Assembly: GCA_964016885.1 (NCBI GenBank)
Contig: OZ024743.1
Coordinates: 246,884,001-246,948,000, forward strand
Direction: 5' to 3'
Source of the DNA: Eledone cirrhosa
Lineage: Eukaryota
Length of the DNA stretch: 64,000 nucleotides
Shown here: piece by piece, positions 1 through 11,382 of the stretch
Position numbering within the stretch: position 1 is the stretch's first letter
Layout of the letters: each line of letters begins with the position of its first letter
The notes under the pieces: generated by a model
Seen by the model: only the letters and a program-made list of their open reading frames with translations
What the model was told of the DNA's origin: nothing
Database searches by the model: none
Program-made: the position numbers and the translations under genes

Positions 1-913
1 GTTTGTCAATAATTATAATAAATTTCGCGCCAGTTCGCGTTACAATAGTTCTTCAAATAAGAGAGGGGGGGGGGGTTGTCACAGGTTGTTTTTTCATATA
101 TGAGTGTTTGAATTTATTTTTACTTGAAAAAAGGAGGCTCACGAAGGCTTTTTTTTGGTTGGTTATAAATGAAATTTGGCTGTCACGTGAACAAGTTTTC
201 ATTACATTTTTGCGCCCTTATTTGGAAAACTATTCTGTAGTCTTTATAGTGAATGTTATGACAATGGAGAGATAGTGGTCAAGGGAAAAGGCACAGCTGG
301 CCATATTCACTGAACCAGAACATTTCTCCCAATCCCTTTTCCCTTGACCACTATCTCTCCATTGTCATAACATTCACTATAAAGACTACAGAATAGTTTT
401 CCAAATAAGGGCGCAAAAATGTAATGAAAACTTGTTCACGTGACAGCCAAATTTCATTTATAACCAACCAAAAAAAAGCCTTCGTGAGCCTCCTTTTTTC
501 AAGTAAAAATAAATTCAAACACTCATATATGAAAAAACAACCTGTGACACCCCCCCCCCCCCCCTCTCTTATTTGAAGAACTATTGTAACGCGAACTGGC
601 GCAAAATTTATTATAATTATTGACAAACCAATCAAATTACTTCTCGAAAAACCTGGCTTTCGAGCCACTTTTTCCATATAAAACAAGTAACATTTAGAGA
701 CCAACCAGATGTGAGAAAAACCACAGACCCTCCATCTCAACTCACCTTTTGAAAAGCAGAAGAACTGCGAAACCGGTAAAGGAACCAAATAAATATATAT
801 ATTTAAAAAAAAAATAAGACTCCAGTTGCATTTTCGATTTCATCTCTTTTTCTTTATACTTCCACTCGTGTAGGACACCTCGGTTATTTTTCATTTTGTA
901 AAAAAAACCTCAC

Positions 914-920
<7 letters not shown>
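1..920 (+). mobile_element. Fold-back Penelope-like non-autonomous element A (arms 1-291 / 335-628, left arm cut by window edge; right side continues through an HHR to (TA)n)
   Basis: 1-291 is the near-perfect reverse complement of 335-628 with a 43-nt spacer; HHR at 745-782; ends in a (TA)n tract at ~920. Confidence 0.75.
745..782 (+). ncRNA. Minimal type I hammerhead ribozyme, U3:A8 core variant
   Basis: cctt-TTGAAAA-gcag(aagaa)ctgc-GAAA-CCGG-TA^aagg: stem I cctt/aagg, stem II gcag/ctgc, palindromic stem III ACCGGT, GUA cleavage triplet. Confidence 0.8.
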
Positions 921-962
<42 letters not shown>

Positions 963-1087
963 ACAGTGCTGAGACTGGGGAGACCACTAATCCTGGGAGT
1001 ACGCAAAGCAGTGGGAGATGCAGAGTGGATATAGAGCTTTCTGTGTCCCCCCCCCCCCCCCCTATATATATATAGATACACACACAC

Positions 1088-1299
1088 ATTATTTGTTTAT
1101 GTTTATACATGGAACTGAGTCGCTATTTAAGGTTTCAAAGTCCAATATTGACCATATCTCCAGATTATAATTGTGACCTAATTCCCAGACTGAAGATTAG
1201 GTCACAAATTTGATCCCTCTTATAATCTGGAGATATGGTCAATATTAGGCTTTGGAACCTTAAATAGTGACTTTGTTCTGTGTATGAACATAAATAATA
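1088..1299. repeat. Diverged palindrome, probably an old fold-back element
   Basis: ctatttaaggtttcaaagtccaatattgaccatatctccagattataa mirrors ttataatctggagatatggtcaatattaggctttggaaccttaaatag; flanked by (CA)n/(TA)n; CTGAAGA near the centre. Confidence 0.7.
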
Positions 1300-3679
1300 T
1301 ATCAGCTCTCATACCTGAATGAGCCCATTTTTCTGTTTTCACACCTACAGACATTTACTACACACACACACACACATATATATAGTAGAGTTTACTAATG
1401 GACACACACACTAACATAATTCTTAAATGTGTTCTGATGAAGGTTTATATAAATTTATATAGAAGGCATCTAACACAGATATGTTTCAAAGCTGTTCATG
1501 AATATGTGTTTTGAAGTATTAACAATGGGGGCTTGTATGATCAATATCACATTTAAAAGGATGGTGTTAGGATGAATAGAATGTTAACGGGAATAGAAGT
1601 AGGTTACTTCAGAGATTCCTGGACCTGATGACTGAGAAATGTGAAATTCCTAAACTTTCATGGGCTGTCAGAAAATATACCAACACAAGGATAGTTTTAT
1701 AACTAAAAGGATGCATACATATCTATAATCATCAATTAATGTCCATTTTCCGTATATACATGTGTGGGTGCAGGATATCCGTATATATAAAAAACAAGGA
1801 AAACAATGCTCAATCTATTGCAATCGAACTTAGTATGATTTAAATTTCATAACTTAACAAATTATGTAATTTTGTCCTGGTGCTCGATGAGAGGCCAGTA
1901 TTGAAACGGCTCCTCCACTATACAGTGGTGGCCATAACTGGACCCTCAAACCTAAGGTCACACATACATGTTAAGTGCATGAAATTTTAATTATACTATA
2001 TATATATGTGTGTGGTGTGTGTATATGTGTATATAGTAAACCATTGATGCACCTGTATAATACATACACACCAGTATACACATACATTCAATCATACATA
2101 CACAAGAATACAATGCTTGACACTGTCTAAATTAGAACAAATTCTTGAGACTTTGTTAGTGACCGACAGTAACTTTGTCGTAAAGAAAATAACATTCATG
2201 CCATTGTGAAGAAAACACTGTGCTATGCAATTTACTATGAAAAGCTAAGCCAGAAAACAACCATATAAAATGTGACATCAACTTGAAGAGTACACACGAG
2301 GGCTGGGGAAAGATTTTTATGCTGGAAGGCTACATTGAAATTAACTGACATCATCATCATTATCATTTAATGTTTGTTTTCCCTGCTAACAAGGGTTGGG
2401 TAAGGTCACCATAGACCAAATCAGGCAGGTTAGAGGCTTCATCTTGTTTTACATATGTTCCAAAACTCTACAAGATGCATTGGGTGCATTTTATATGGCA
2501 CCAGCACTATGGAGATTATCATGTCTTTGAGACTATGGAAGTGTCTCTTCAACCCTTTTTTCTTGCTAAACTTCAGTAATTTTATGAAATACATATAATT
2601 ATTTATAAAAAAATAAAATAAAAATCTTTAAAAAAAATATGTAAAAATATAGACACTAAATAATTCTTTTTAATATTGGCACAAGTGTAAGTTGACTGCT
2701 ATTTTATTTTATTGATCTCGGAAGGATGACAGGCAAAGTTAACCTTGTGGAGGATTTGAAATCAGAATGAAGAAAGTCATAACTAAATACTGCAAAGTAT
2801 TTTGTCCTATGCTCTACCAATACTGCCAAATCATCGCCCTGATAGATGTTAAATAATGAAATTAGCAAAAATAAAAACGTTTGCCATATAACAGGTGACA
2901 TCAACATGAAGAGTGCACACCAGGGATGCGGAATGTTTTTATGTTAGAAGACCACATTAAAATTAACTGATTTCTAATGAGACCATAGTTTGAAAAAATA
3001 TTTTCTCACAAAATCTCAGTTATATTATGACATATAAGTAGTTGAAAAGATAGATGTTAAATAAAATGAAATTATCAAAAATATACTCCAGTATGGTGAC
3101 TGGCCTTCAAACACTGAGCCTCTCTTTCATAAGACTGCATTTAGTATATCGGAAAGCCATATGCAACCTAAAGGAGCCAGGTCATGTTATACAAACCAGT
3201 CATGTTATATAAACTCCAGTAAGAGGTGATGAATTGGTAAAGAGGTTAAAGCAGTGGTTTGCAAACTCTTCACTATTAAGAGCACCTATTATTTAATGAC
3301 TTTTGTAATGGAATCCTTAATATAATAACTTTCCTCTCTGATTGTTATATGGTGAGAATAGCAATGAAAGGCAGAGGCAGGTTGGCCATGCAGTCATTTA
3401 GTTAGTGCTCTGTAGGCCACTAGACTGGGAGAAAAAAAAAATAAATAAAAAGGTGAAAAATCATAAAAAATGGGCTGACCCAGCCAGCTTCTGATCACCT
3501 GGACAGAGGTGAATAGAGCTTATCTCAAAATGCTGAATCTCACAGATCAGATCACAAAAGAATGCAATGGGTGGAAGCAGGATGTGCTAGAGAGGACCCA
3601 TCAAAAATCATACAAGTATAGAAAAGTGAACAGATGATGATAATGATGAATAATTATAATATTCTGAATTTTGACAAAT

Positions 3680-3865
3680 AATTGTTTCTACTTTAGGCAC
3701 AAGGCCAGCAATTACCCAGTGCATTACTGGTACTTTATTTTATCGACCCCGTAAGGATGAAAGGCAAAGTCAACCTCAGCGGGATTTGAACTCAGATCGT
3801 AAAGGGATGTAACTATGCTGGAAAGCATGGCGTCCGACCCTCTACCGACACTGCCAATCCACCGG
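3680..3865 (-). mobile_element. tRNA-derived SINE, family 1 (other copies ~6870-, ~23000+, ~28070+, 28790+, 32521+, ~43740+, ~44960+, ~49340+)
   Basis: Reverse complement of 28790-28975; B-box gagttcaaatcc followed by gactttgcctttcatcc...ataaaataaagtaccag. Confidence 0.8.
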
Positions 3866-3869
3866 TTGT

Positions 3870-4200
3870 GTTTCATAGATACATTTTAATATATATTTAA
3901 AGCAGAGGGAGGTTTCCTTGACTATGATGCCCAAGGTTGCAGTCCACTTAGCGTGTATGGAACATTCAGTACTGATTGGAATGGGTGTTATTAAAACACC
4001 AGTAAAAGTGAACCACAATAAACCAGACATTGTTCTGTTTCAGAAAAAAACAAGATGTAGGAGTGTAGTGGACTTTAGTAGTGCAGCCAGCAATGAGAGT
4101 GATATTCATAGACAACTTCAAGATCCTATATCTAAATTATAACGTTTTATCTCACTTTGTAGATTGCAACAGGTGAGTATGTGACTAACTGCTTCAGCAC
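3870..4200 (+). pseudogene. Remnant of a restriction-like endonuclease domain of an R4/NeSL-type non-LTR element
   Basis: VNHNKPDIVLFQKK resembles the (H)NRPDIV REL motif; heavily decayed. Confidence 0.45.
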
Positions 4201-4989
4201 TATGTATGAAAGTTTGAGATCCAGCTGACTATTAATGGAAATGTCAAATTTGAGAAATGTTTCATTGTTTTGGTTTCTAGTTGATTGTAATTGTATTATC
4301 TTGTCCATAGAGATTTATCATTTAGCCAGGGAGTGGTATCAGAGATAATTTTCATATACATCTATCTTGACTTATATGTGTATGAGTGTGTGTGTGTGTG
4401 TGAGTGTGTTGGACCTTTGTCAGTTCTGATGACAAGTGCTCCAGTTGTCTGAACAATGGAACAACCTGCTCATGATATTAATGAGCAAGTGGCTGAGTAT
4501 TTTTAGATTGACACATGCACCCTTAATGTAGTTTTCACAGATATTCAGCATGACACAGCATGTAACAAGCTTGGCCCTTTGCTAGGAATCAAACCCCAGA
4601 CCTTACGATCATGATCCAAACACCCTAACCACTAAGCCACACACCTTCACACATACATGCATCTAAGAATGTTTTTACCCCTAGAAAATAGCTTTTTTCT
4701 TTGTTTACTGATTAGAAGATGATACAATTGATTTATAAAGTGCAGTTAATTTATAAAGTATATTCAATGTATATAGTGTCTTTGATTTATATAGTATAGT
4801 TGGTTTAATTATTTTATTATTCACAGTTGTATAAATAATATTACAAATTGTTTATAATTCTTACAGAATGAAAATATAAACACATATAATAAATACAATT
4901 AATTATTAGTTATTACTAGGAACATTATAAATATAATGCACAAAATTATATGATCAAAGTGAGAAAGAAGAAAACAAAAACAACCCCCA

Positions 4990-6350
4990 AGTGCATCAAT
5001 TGGTTGCACACAAGGGTTAATGGAAAATGTTGAGGCAAGCCAACAAATTTGCAGCATTATTGCAGATGATGGCAAGGCTAAGGCACTGAAACAACCAGAT
5101 GCCCTCACAGATGGCATCACCTGACACCTCGGGAAGGTGAGCCATTAATAATGACAAGAATTTTGCTGTCAGCGGCCCAGCTTTACCAAACGTCTCGAAT
5201 GTCACTGGCTAAAAAAAAATAGTTATTTGATAGTTCCCGGTATTTTAGGATTTTATTCCATTCAGCAATGGAAGCATTGACCCTCACATTTACCACATCA
5301 TCCATGATGTGAGAGGGAGCAAAAGAGTCACTGATTGTGGCATCCCAGAGACACCTGCCTCATACCCAAGGACAAAGAGTAAGATCATCTGGTCTCTTTC
5401 CATCAATTCTGGATAATCCAGCTGGCTCCAGAACTGAGGGGATATTTACCCGAGCTAAGGCCCGCTTAATGATCAGGTTTAGCTCGGTATGGTGGGTGAA
5501 GCAACCAGCATTCAGGCAGCAGGACAAACCATGGAGGCCTGTGGAGTTGAGGGACCTACCATAGTGATATCTCAGACCCCAACAGACATTGGCTCCCACT
5601 TTGAGTGCAATGGAGATGTGAGCTTATCCATACTGAGAAAACCACCAATGTTGGCCACAGGCAGGGTATAAACCCAGTCCCCAGAGAATTTTACACTTGC
5701 AGAAAGTATGTGGCATCTTGAAAATTGATCAGATTGATCATAGAGAGAATTAAATGTGTCGCTCGAATGCAGATTGTCCCATACTCTCTGCTTCCATCTA
5801 TTCTTATCAGGAACTGACAAACCCAACTCTCTCCACTATAAAGCTTCATCCATCTGGTGGAACTAGTCCATGTTGGAAAGGAGAGGATGTCGACTATTAA
5901 AGAGGAGCAAGTATGACTGGAGGAAAGAAAGCAAAGTAGAGAGCATTTACGGACACCGAGACTTCCAAACGGTTTGGGCAAGGCAGCCTTTGGAGTCTCA
6001 GAAGGCAAGTTGGTAAAAGCTCTGGTGGCGTAAGCTTGGTACCCATCCCTAGCTAAATAGTAGAAAATTCAGTGGACAGGCAGTCTGGAATCAAGACCAG
6101 ACACACTTTCACTGTGAGCCGTCGTAGAGTACACCCAACTGCTATGAGGCAGAGGTCACGATTGAGCTTTGTGAAACCAAACAGTTTAGCCCCAAAGAAC
6201 AGGGAGCAAATATAAGGGAAGACACTATCACACGAGAACAGGTTAACAAACTAGGGGAGGTTCTCCAAGAGCCAAGGCTGGCATCTCCAACTGACAAGAA
6301 CAGTATAATTGGTCATCCGGAGGGGTCGGAGGATGTTTCTACCTCAGTCG
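4990..6350 (-). mobile_element. Decayed CRE-like non-LTR retrotransposon (3' part, Zn-knuckle plus REL endonuclease)
   Basis: HGLSC..AG...HH.ELN.IIKRAL...LEPAGLSRIDGKRPDDLTLCPW; FETFG..GP; frameshifts and stops. Confidence 0.75.
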
Positions 6351-8599
6351 ATTGAGGGAATCAGTACTGTACTGGGTGAGAGAGGACAGAGAATTACTAT
6401 ATACGCATATAATGTAACTGGCACTCCATCAGTTATGATGATGAATATTCCAGTCGCTACAATCAACAGAACAGCCTGCTCGTGAATTTAAAGTACATGT
6501 GGCTGAGCATTCTATAGACTTGCATAGTGCTCAAGGAGGTTCAGTGTGACAAAGCTGGCCCTTCGAAGTCATAGAAGCAGGCTATGTAGGGGGTCTTCCA
6601 TATTATATTCTTAGACTAAAATGGACATATATCAAGAACATAACTTATCTGAACTCTATTTTATAAATCATGCTATACCATACTACATCATATCATACTA
6701 TGAGCCAATAAAGGAGATTTTATTTGATAACTCGATCTGCTTGAAACAGCAGTCAAATCCTCCTCAAACTACACATTGGCTAATGTAGTACAAGGTACTT
6801 TATGTCTGAAAAAAAAAAAGATGGGATAGTCATGAAGGCTGGCGAGATAGATAGTGTGCAAGTATATCTTGATTTCTAATTTTGGCACAAGATCAGAAAA
6901 TTCAGGGGAAGGGCAAAGTTGGTTAAATCAACCCCAGTACGTGGCTTGCACTTTATTTTATCAAGCCCAGAAAGATGAAAGGCCAAGTTGACCATGGCAA
7001 GATTTGAACCCAGAATGTAATAAACCAGAACAAAAACTGCAAAGCTTATTATCTGATGTCCATATGTGCATATATATTAAAGAGGACTGAGGGGAAAGAA
7101 AGAGTGTGAGCGAGAGAGAGAGAAAGAGATGTTGATTTAATTGACCCTAGTATGATACTGTTATTTTAGTTTATTACAATGAAAAGTGAAGTCAATCCAT
7201 AGCGGGATCTGAAATCAGAACATAAAGATATATTGCCTCCTTAAATAGCAATTCTCTATTGATCTTGCTATCCATTGTCATATCTGAAATTCCAGAAGCC
7301 CCCACTCCACCTCCCAACAAAGGTCATCATTCAATATGAAAATATGATTTGTCAGTCAACTCCTTGTAAAGTCAGAGATATTGTATGACATTTAATAAAT
7401 AAATACCAAATTGATAATGAAATCAATTACACTCTTGAAATACATCTGCTTCTATAATAGCCACATATTTAAACCCAAGTCCCCTAGCTTCGAGTATAGA
7501 GTCGGTTTAATTATGGATCTACTATGTGGTTGCTCACTTTGCTAAAAATAACAGCAAAATATTGCTCAAATCATAGTGTCAAATCATTTGTCAGTTCCAG
7601 TGATGAGTGTTTTAGTTGTTTGATCAATGGAACAAGCTGTTCGTGAAATCAATATGCAAGTGGTTGAGAATTCCACAGCATGTGTACCCTTAAAGTAATT
7701 CTCAGGGAGATTCAGCATAGCACAGTGTGTGACAAGGCTGGTCTTTTAAATTACAAGTACAACTCATTTTTGCCACTTAGTGAGCTGGAGCACATAAAGT
7801 ATAGTGTCTTACTCAAGAACATATCATGCTACCAGAAATTCTCCCTTCTCTACACCACCGATGATATTCAAGGGAAAGGCAAATGCTGATGCAGCTTGGC
7901 ATTAATGTTGTCACAATTCAATGTTTTTCCAGGTGAGTTGAGACGATCATCGCAAAATAAAGTGTCTTGTACAAAGACAGAACATGCTGCCTGATTCAGG
8001 AATCAAACATACGACCGTGAACCTAGCATCCCAACCACTAAGTCATGTGCCTTAACAATTTGGCTATACACTTAACAGTGAAATTGACATATATTTAATA
8101 GGTAATTTGCAAAAGTATTTAACATTATTAAATATTACCTAGACTAATAACCAAGTCATTCACATGCAGTATACAGTTATTTTGTCATTATGTAGAATCT
8201 AATTATATATTATCTTTTATATGTCAAATATGAAGACACAGATGCTATGACATTATAAACAAAACATTGAAATATTTATTACTAGTTTGCCACAAGAAAG
8301 ATTGCGACCTTTAGAATTAGTAGTGTCATTTTCTTCATGTAGATTGTTACAATGGCATCTCTAATACAGTTAAATCTTGTATATATTTAGTCACATATAT
8401 AGCCATGTGTGGTAGAAATCACAAGTGGTTCAGGTAATTGGATTTTCCCTGAGTATGTGTTGTTTTTCTCTCTCTGATTTCAGCATATTGTCTATGTCTT
8501 CTGTACAAAGCCCTTTCATTTTGCAACAGTTGTCACTCTGAGAAGAATTATTTCCATCTATCATCGAGTGTTGATCAGGCCACTCCAGATTTCTGGTTG

Positions 8600-9378
8600 C
8601 AATTGGACAATGATAACACTAACAAATTCCTAATATATTTACTTCAATTTTGTACTTGGTTATGCTGGGGGGTTGGCATTGCTTGTGGCGCACTCTCTTC
8701 ATCAAACCATGATTGTTCATGCTTGTCTTTAATGTAGAGATGCCATTTTTCATTATCAGTGACAATGGAACATAACTTGTTGGCTGTACAATGGGAGAGA
8801 GCAGAGAAGTCACAGCTGCCACTCGACATTCACAACTACAGTAAGTCAGATTGTGGGGCATCCAGTAAGTCAGATTGTCGGGCTAACTTAGACACCTTCC
8901 CTATTGCATGCAAGTGATTGAGGATGGTTGTTTTCAATGCATCAAGCATTTTGGAGATTCAACGTGATGTCTAGTGTAGGTCGGCTTCCACCAGCTCATA
9001 TATTTGCTTGTCATTGAAGTCGGATGGACGTCCTGCATGAATTCGATCTTCAAGGCTGTAATTGCTGGAACGGAAGTGTGTGAACCAGTCCTTGGCACTG
9101 CATTCAGACAGAGTGTGTGACCAAAATCCTTTGTTAATGTGACGACTCGAGGTTGCTGCACTTAGGCCAAATTTGAAGTCATAAAGTAAACAGCCATGAA
9201 TAAACGATTTGGATAGATTCATGTTGCTTCCCCTTTGACGGCAAAACAGAAAATGAGAAATGCACATAGTACATACCAATGTCACTTCTTAGATATGTGC
9301 ATAGGTGCAACCTTTCAGAAAACTCTACCAAAATATCTTCTTTTGAAAAATGGCAGGGACTTTCTGTCCAACCCAATA
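8600..9378 (-). mobile_element. Mariner transposase remnant with left TIR
   Basis: LLYDFKFGLSAA...WFTHFRS.NYSLED..HAGRPSDF (mariner HTH) and IVTDNEKW (IVTGDEKW motif); TIR-like tattgggttggacagaaagtc at 9378. Confidence 0.85.
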
Positions 9379-10192
9379 TTTTGCTAATAATTTCCTAATA
9401 TTTTGAAAATAATCAACAATTTGGAGGGATTTAGAATATAACTCACTCTCTTGGACTGGCAGAATTGTTAGAAAGCAGGGCAAAATATATTATGGAATTT
9501 AGGTATGGCATTTTACATTCTGTGGTCAACTTTGCTTTCATCCTTTCAGAGGGAGCCCATAAAATAAAGTATCAGTCAAGTACTGGGGTGAATATAATTG
9601 ACTTTCCCCACCCCCAAACTGCTGGCCTTGTGTCTAAATTAGAAACCATTAAGTTGGAGTTTGGAACATAACAGAATTATGAAGGAAGGTTTTTAGATAA
9701 ATATTATTAAAGGCCATGACTCAGTCATGACTGACCATGGGTTTGCACCTGGAAAGTTCCTCTCCAAGGTACTTGCCTGGGCAACTTGTTTTGAGTAAGA
9801 CCAGCAGTTGCCCATGCATGCCTGCCTGTCTCCTCGCTCCATGACTGTTGTCGTCCAAGGTAAAGGCAACAATCAATAGATCTTGGCCCCTGTGTCATTG
9901 TAACTCATTTTTCTTGCTATGTGGCCAGAAGTAATGTGAAATAAAACGTTTTGCTGAAGGACACTATGGACCACCAAGAATCAACAAGCTGAGGCCATGC
10001 TGAGACACCACCATTGTTGCTGCATTATCTAAAGCAATCTTTCCTTGGTTGGGGCCATTGATGCATGAGGGAGTTTGACACTACAGTCTTTGTTTGTTCT
10101 TCTTGGTGTGCTATGGGGCCATCTGGGATTTTAGCAGACCACATACTCATCCCAATGCAAATGGACACAATGAGAGTTGATAACTATAAACA

Positions 10193-10506
10193 GTACAAGC
10201 TGAAGCATATAGACAATATTCCCCCACAACCCCCACCGCAAGGTGGTCGTGGAGGTGCCACGGCAAAAAAGCACCCAGCCCACACTGTAAAGTGGACATG
10301 TAGGCGCCATGGAAAAAAAGCACCCAGCACTCACTGTAAATGAGGTTGGTGTTAGGAAGGGCATCCAGCTGTAGAAATCAAGCCAAATCAGTTCCTGTAT
10401 GAGCAAGGCATGATCAGCCGACCAGACACTGCCCACAACAGGACAACCCGTCTAACCCATGCTAGCGTGGAAGAACGGACGTAAAACGGTGATAATGGTG
10501 ATGATG
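10193..10506 (+). mobile_element. RTE LINE family 1, 3' UTR-only copy
   Basis: Near-identical to 17843-18151 and to the reverse complement of 11383-11697; (GAT)n tail. Confidence 0.85.
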
Positions 10507-10707
10507 AATAGATAAGAAAATCGAGTAACATACCTTTGCAGACAGAAACGATAGGTCATGGGTACTTTATTTGATATTTCACAACTATTATTTATAGTGA
10601 TCTACTATCATTGTCGTTATTTACGTTGGGACAAATATATTTCAAATTTGATAAATATATGAAAGCCAGTTGTGTATGTGTGTAAGTATATCTATATCTA
10701 TATATAT

Positions 10708-11265
10708 ATAAAATATTAAACAAATAATGAACAAACAATTCCTTATATTAAACAAAAAAAGTTCACTATTTAACGATCGTTTCTAGGGTATATATGTGTT
10801 ATAATTGGTATGCATATTTAACAGATCTATGTACAAAATTATATAAAATTATACAAATTATCAAGATTAAATATACATACCTAACTCATATATACGCCGT
10901 CTTCAGAAATAATCTGAATTATCTGAATTATTTCTGAAGACGGCGTATATATGAGTTAGGTATGTATATTTAATCTTGATAATTTGTATAATTTTATATA
11001 ATTTTGTACATAGATCTGTTAAATATGCATACCAATTATAACACATATATACCCTAGAAACGATCGTTAAATAGTGAACTTTTTTTGTTTAATATAAGGA
11101 ATTGTTTGTTCATTATTTGTTTAATATTTTATCTTGACTCTGTATACCGTTTATCTTTCACCGAAAGTGGATTTTCATTACATCTCTTCTTTCCATGATA
11201 TCCGGAATACATTGAGTTCTTCATACGGATTGGACACTACCGTAAACTCTTGGTAGATTTATCTA

Positions 11266-11268
<3 letters not shown>
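10708..11268 (+). mobile_element. Fold-back element B (206-bp arms 10708-10913 / 10927-11132 plus unique 3' tail) inside (TA)n
   Basis: Arms identical by eye; 13-nt spacer overlapped by a tandem atctgaatt; one HHR per arm; TA repeats on both sides. Confidence 0.85.
10927..11075 (+). ncRNA. Hammerhead ribozyme with very long stem II (mirror copy on - strand at 10765-10913)
   Basis: attattt-CTGAAGA-[116-nt hairpin: gtatatatg/catatatac, gtta/taac, ggtatgtatatttaa/ttaaatatgcatacc]-GAAA-CGATCG-TT^aaatagt. Confidence 0.75.
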
Positions 11269-11313
<45 letters not shown>

Positions 11314-11342
11314 ATATATATATATATATATAATATATATAT

Positions 11343-11374
<32 letters not shown>

Positions 11375-11382
11375 ATATATAA

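Noticed and set aside
3-788. Duplicated 90/145-aa ORFs (also twin 85-aa ORFs at 60386-60755)
   Set aside because: Mirror products of the palindromes; no recognisable domain
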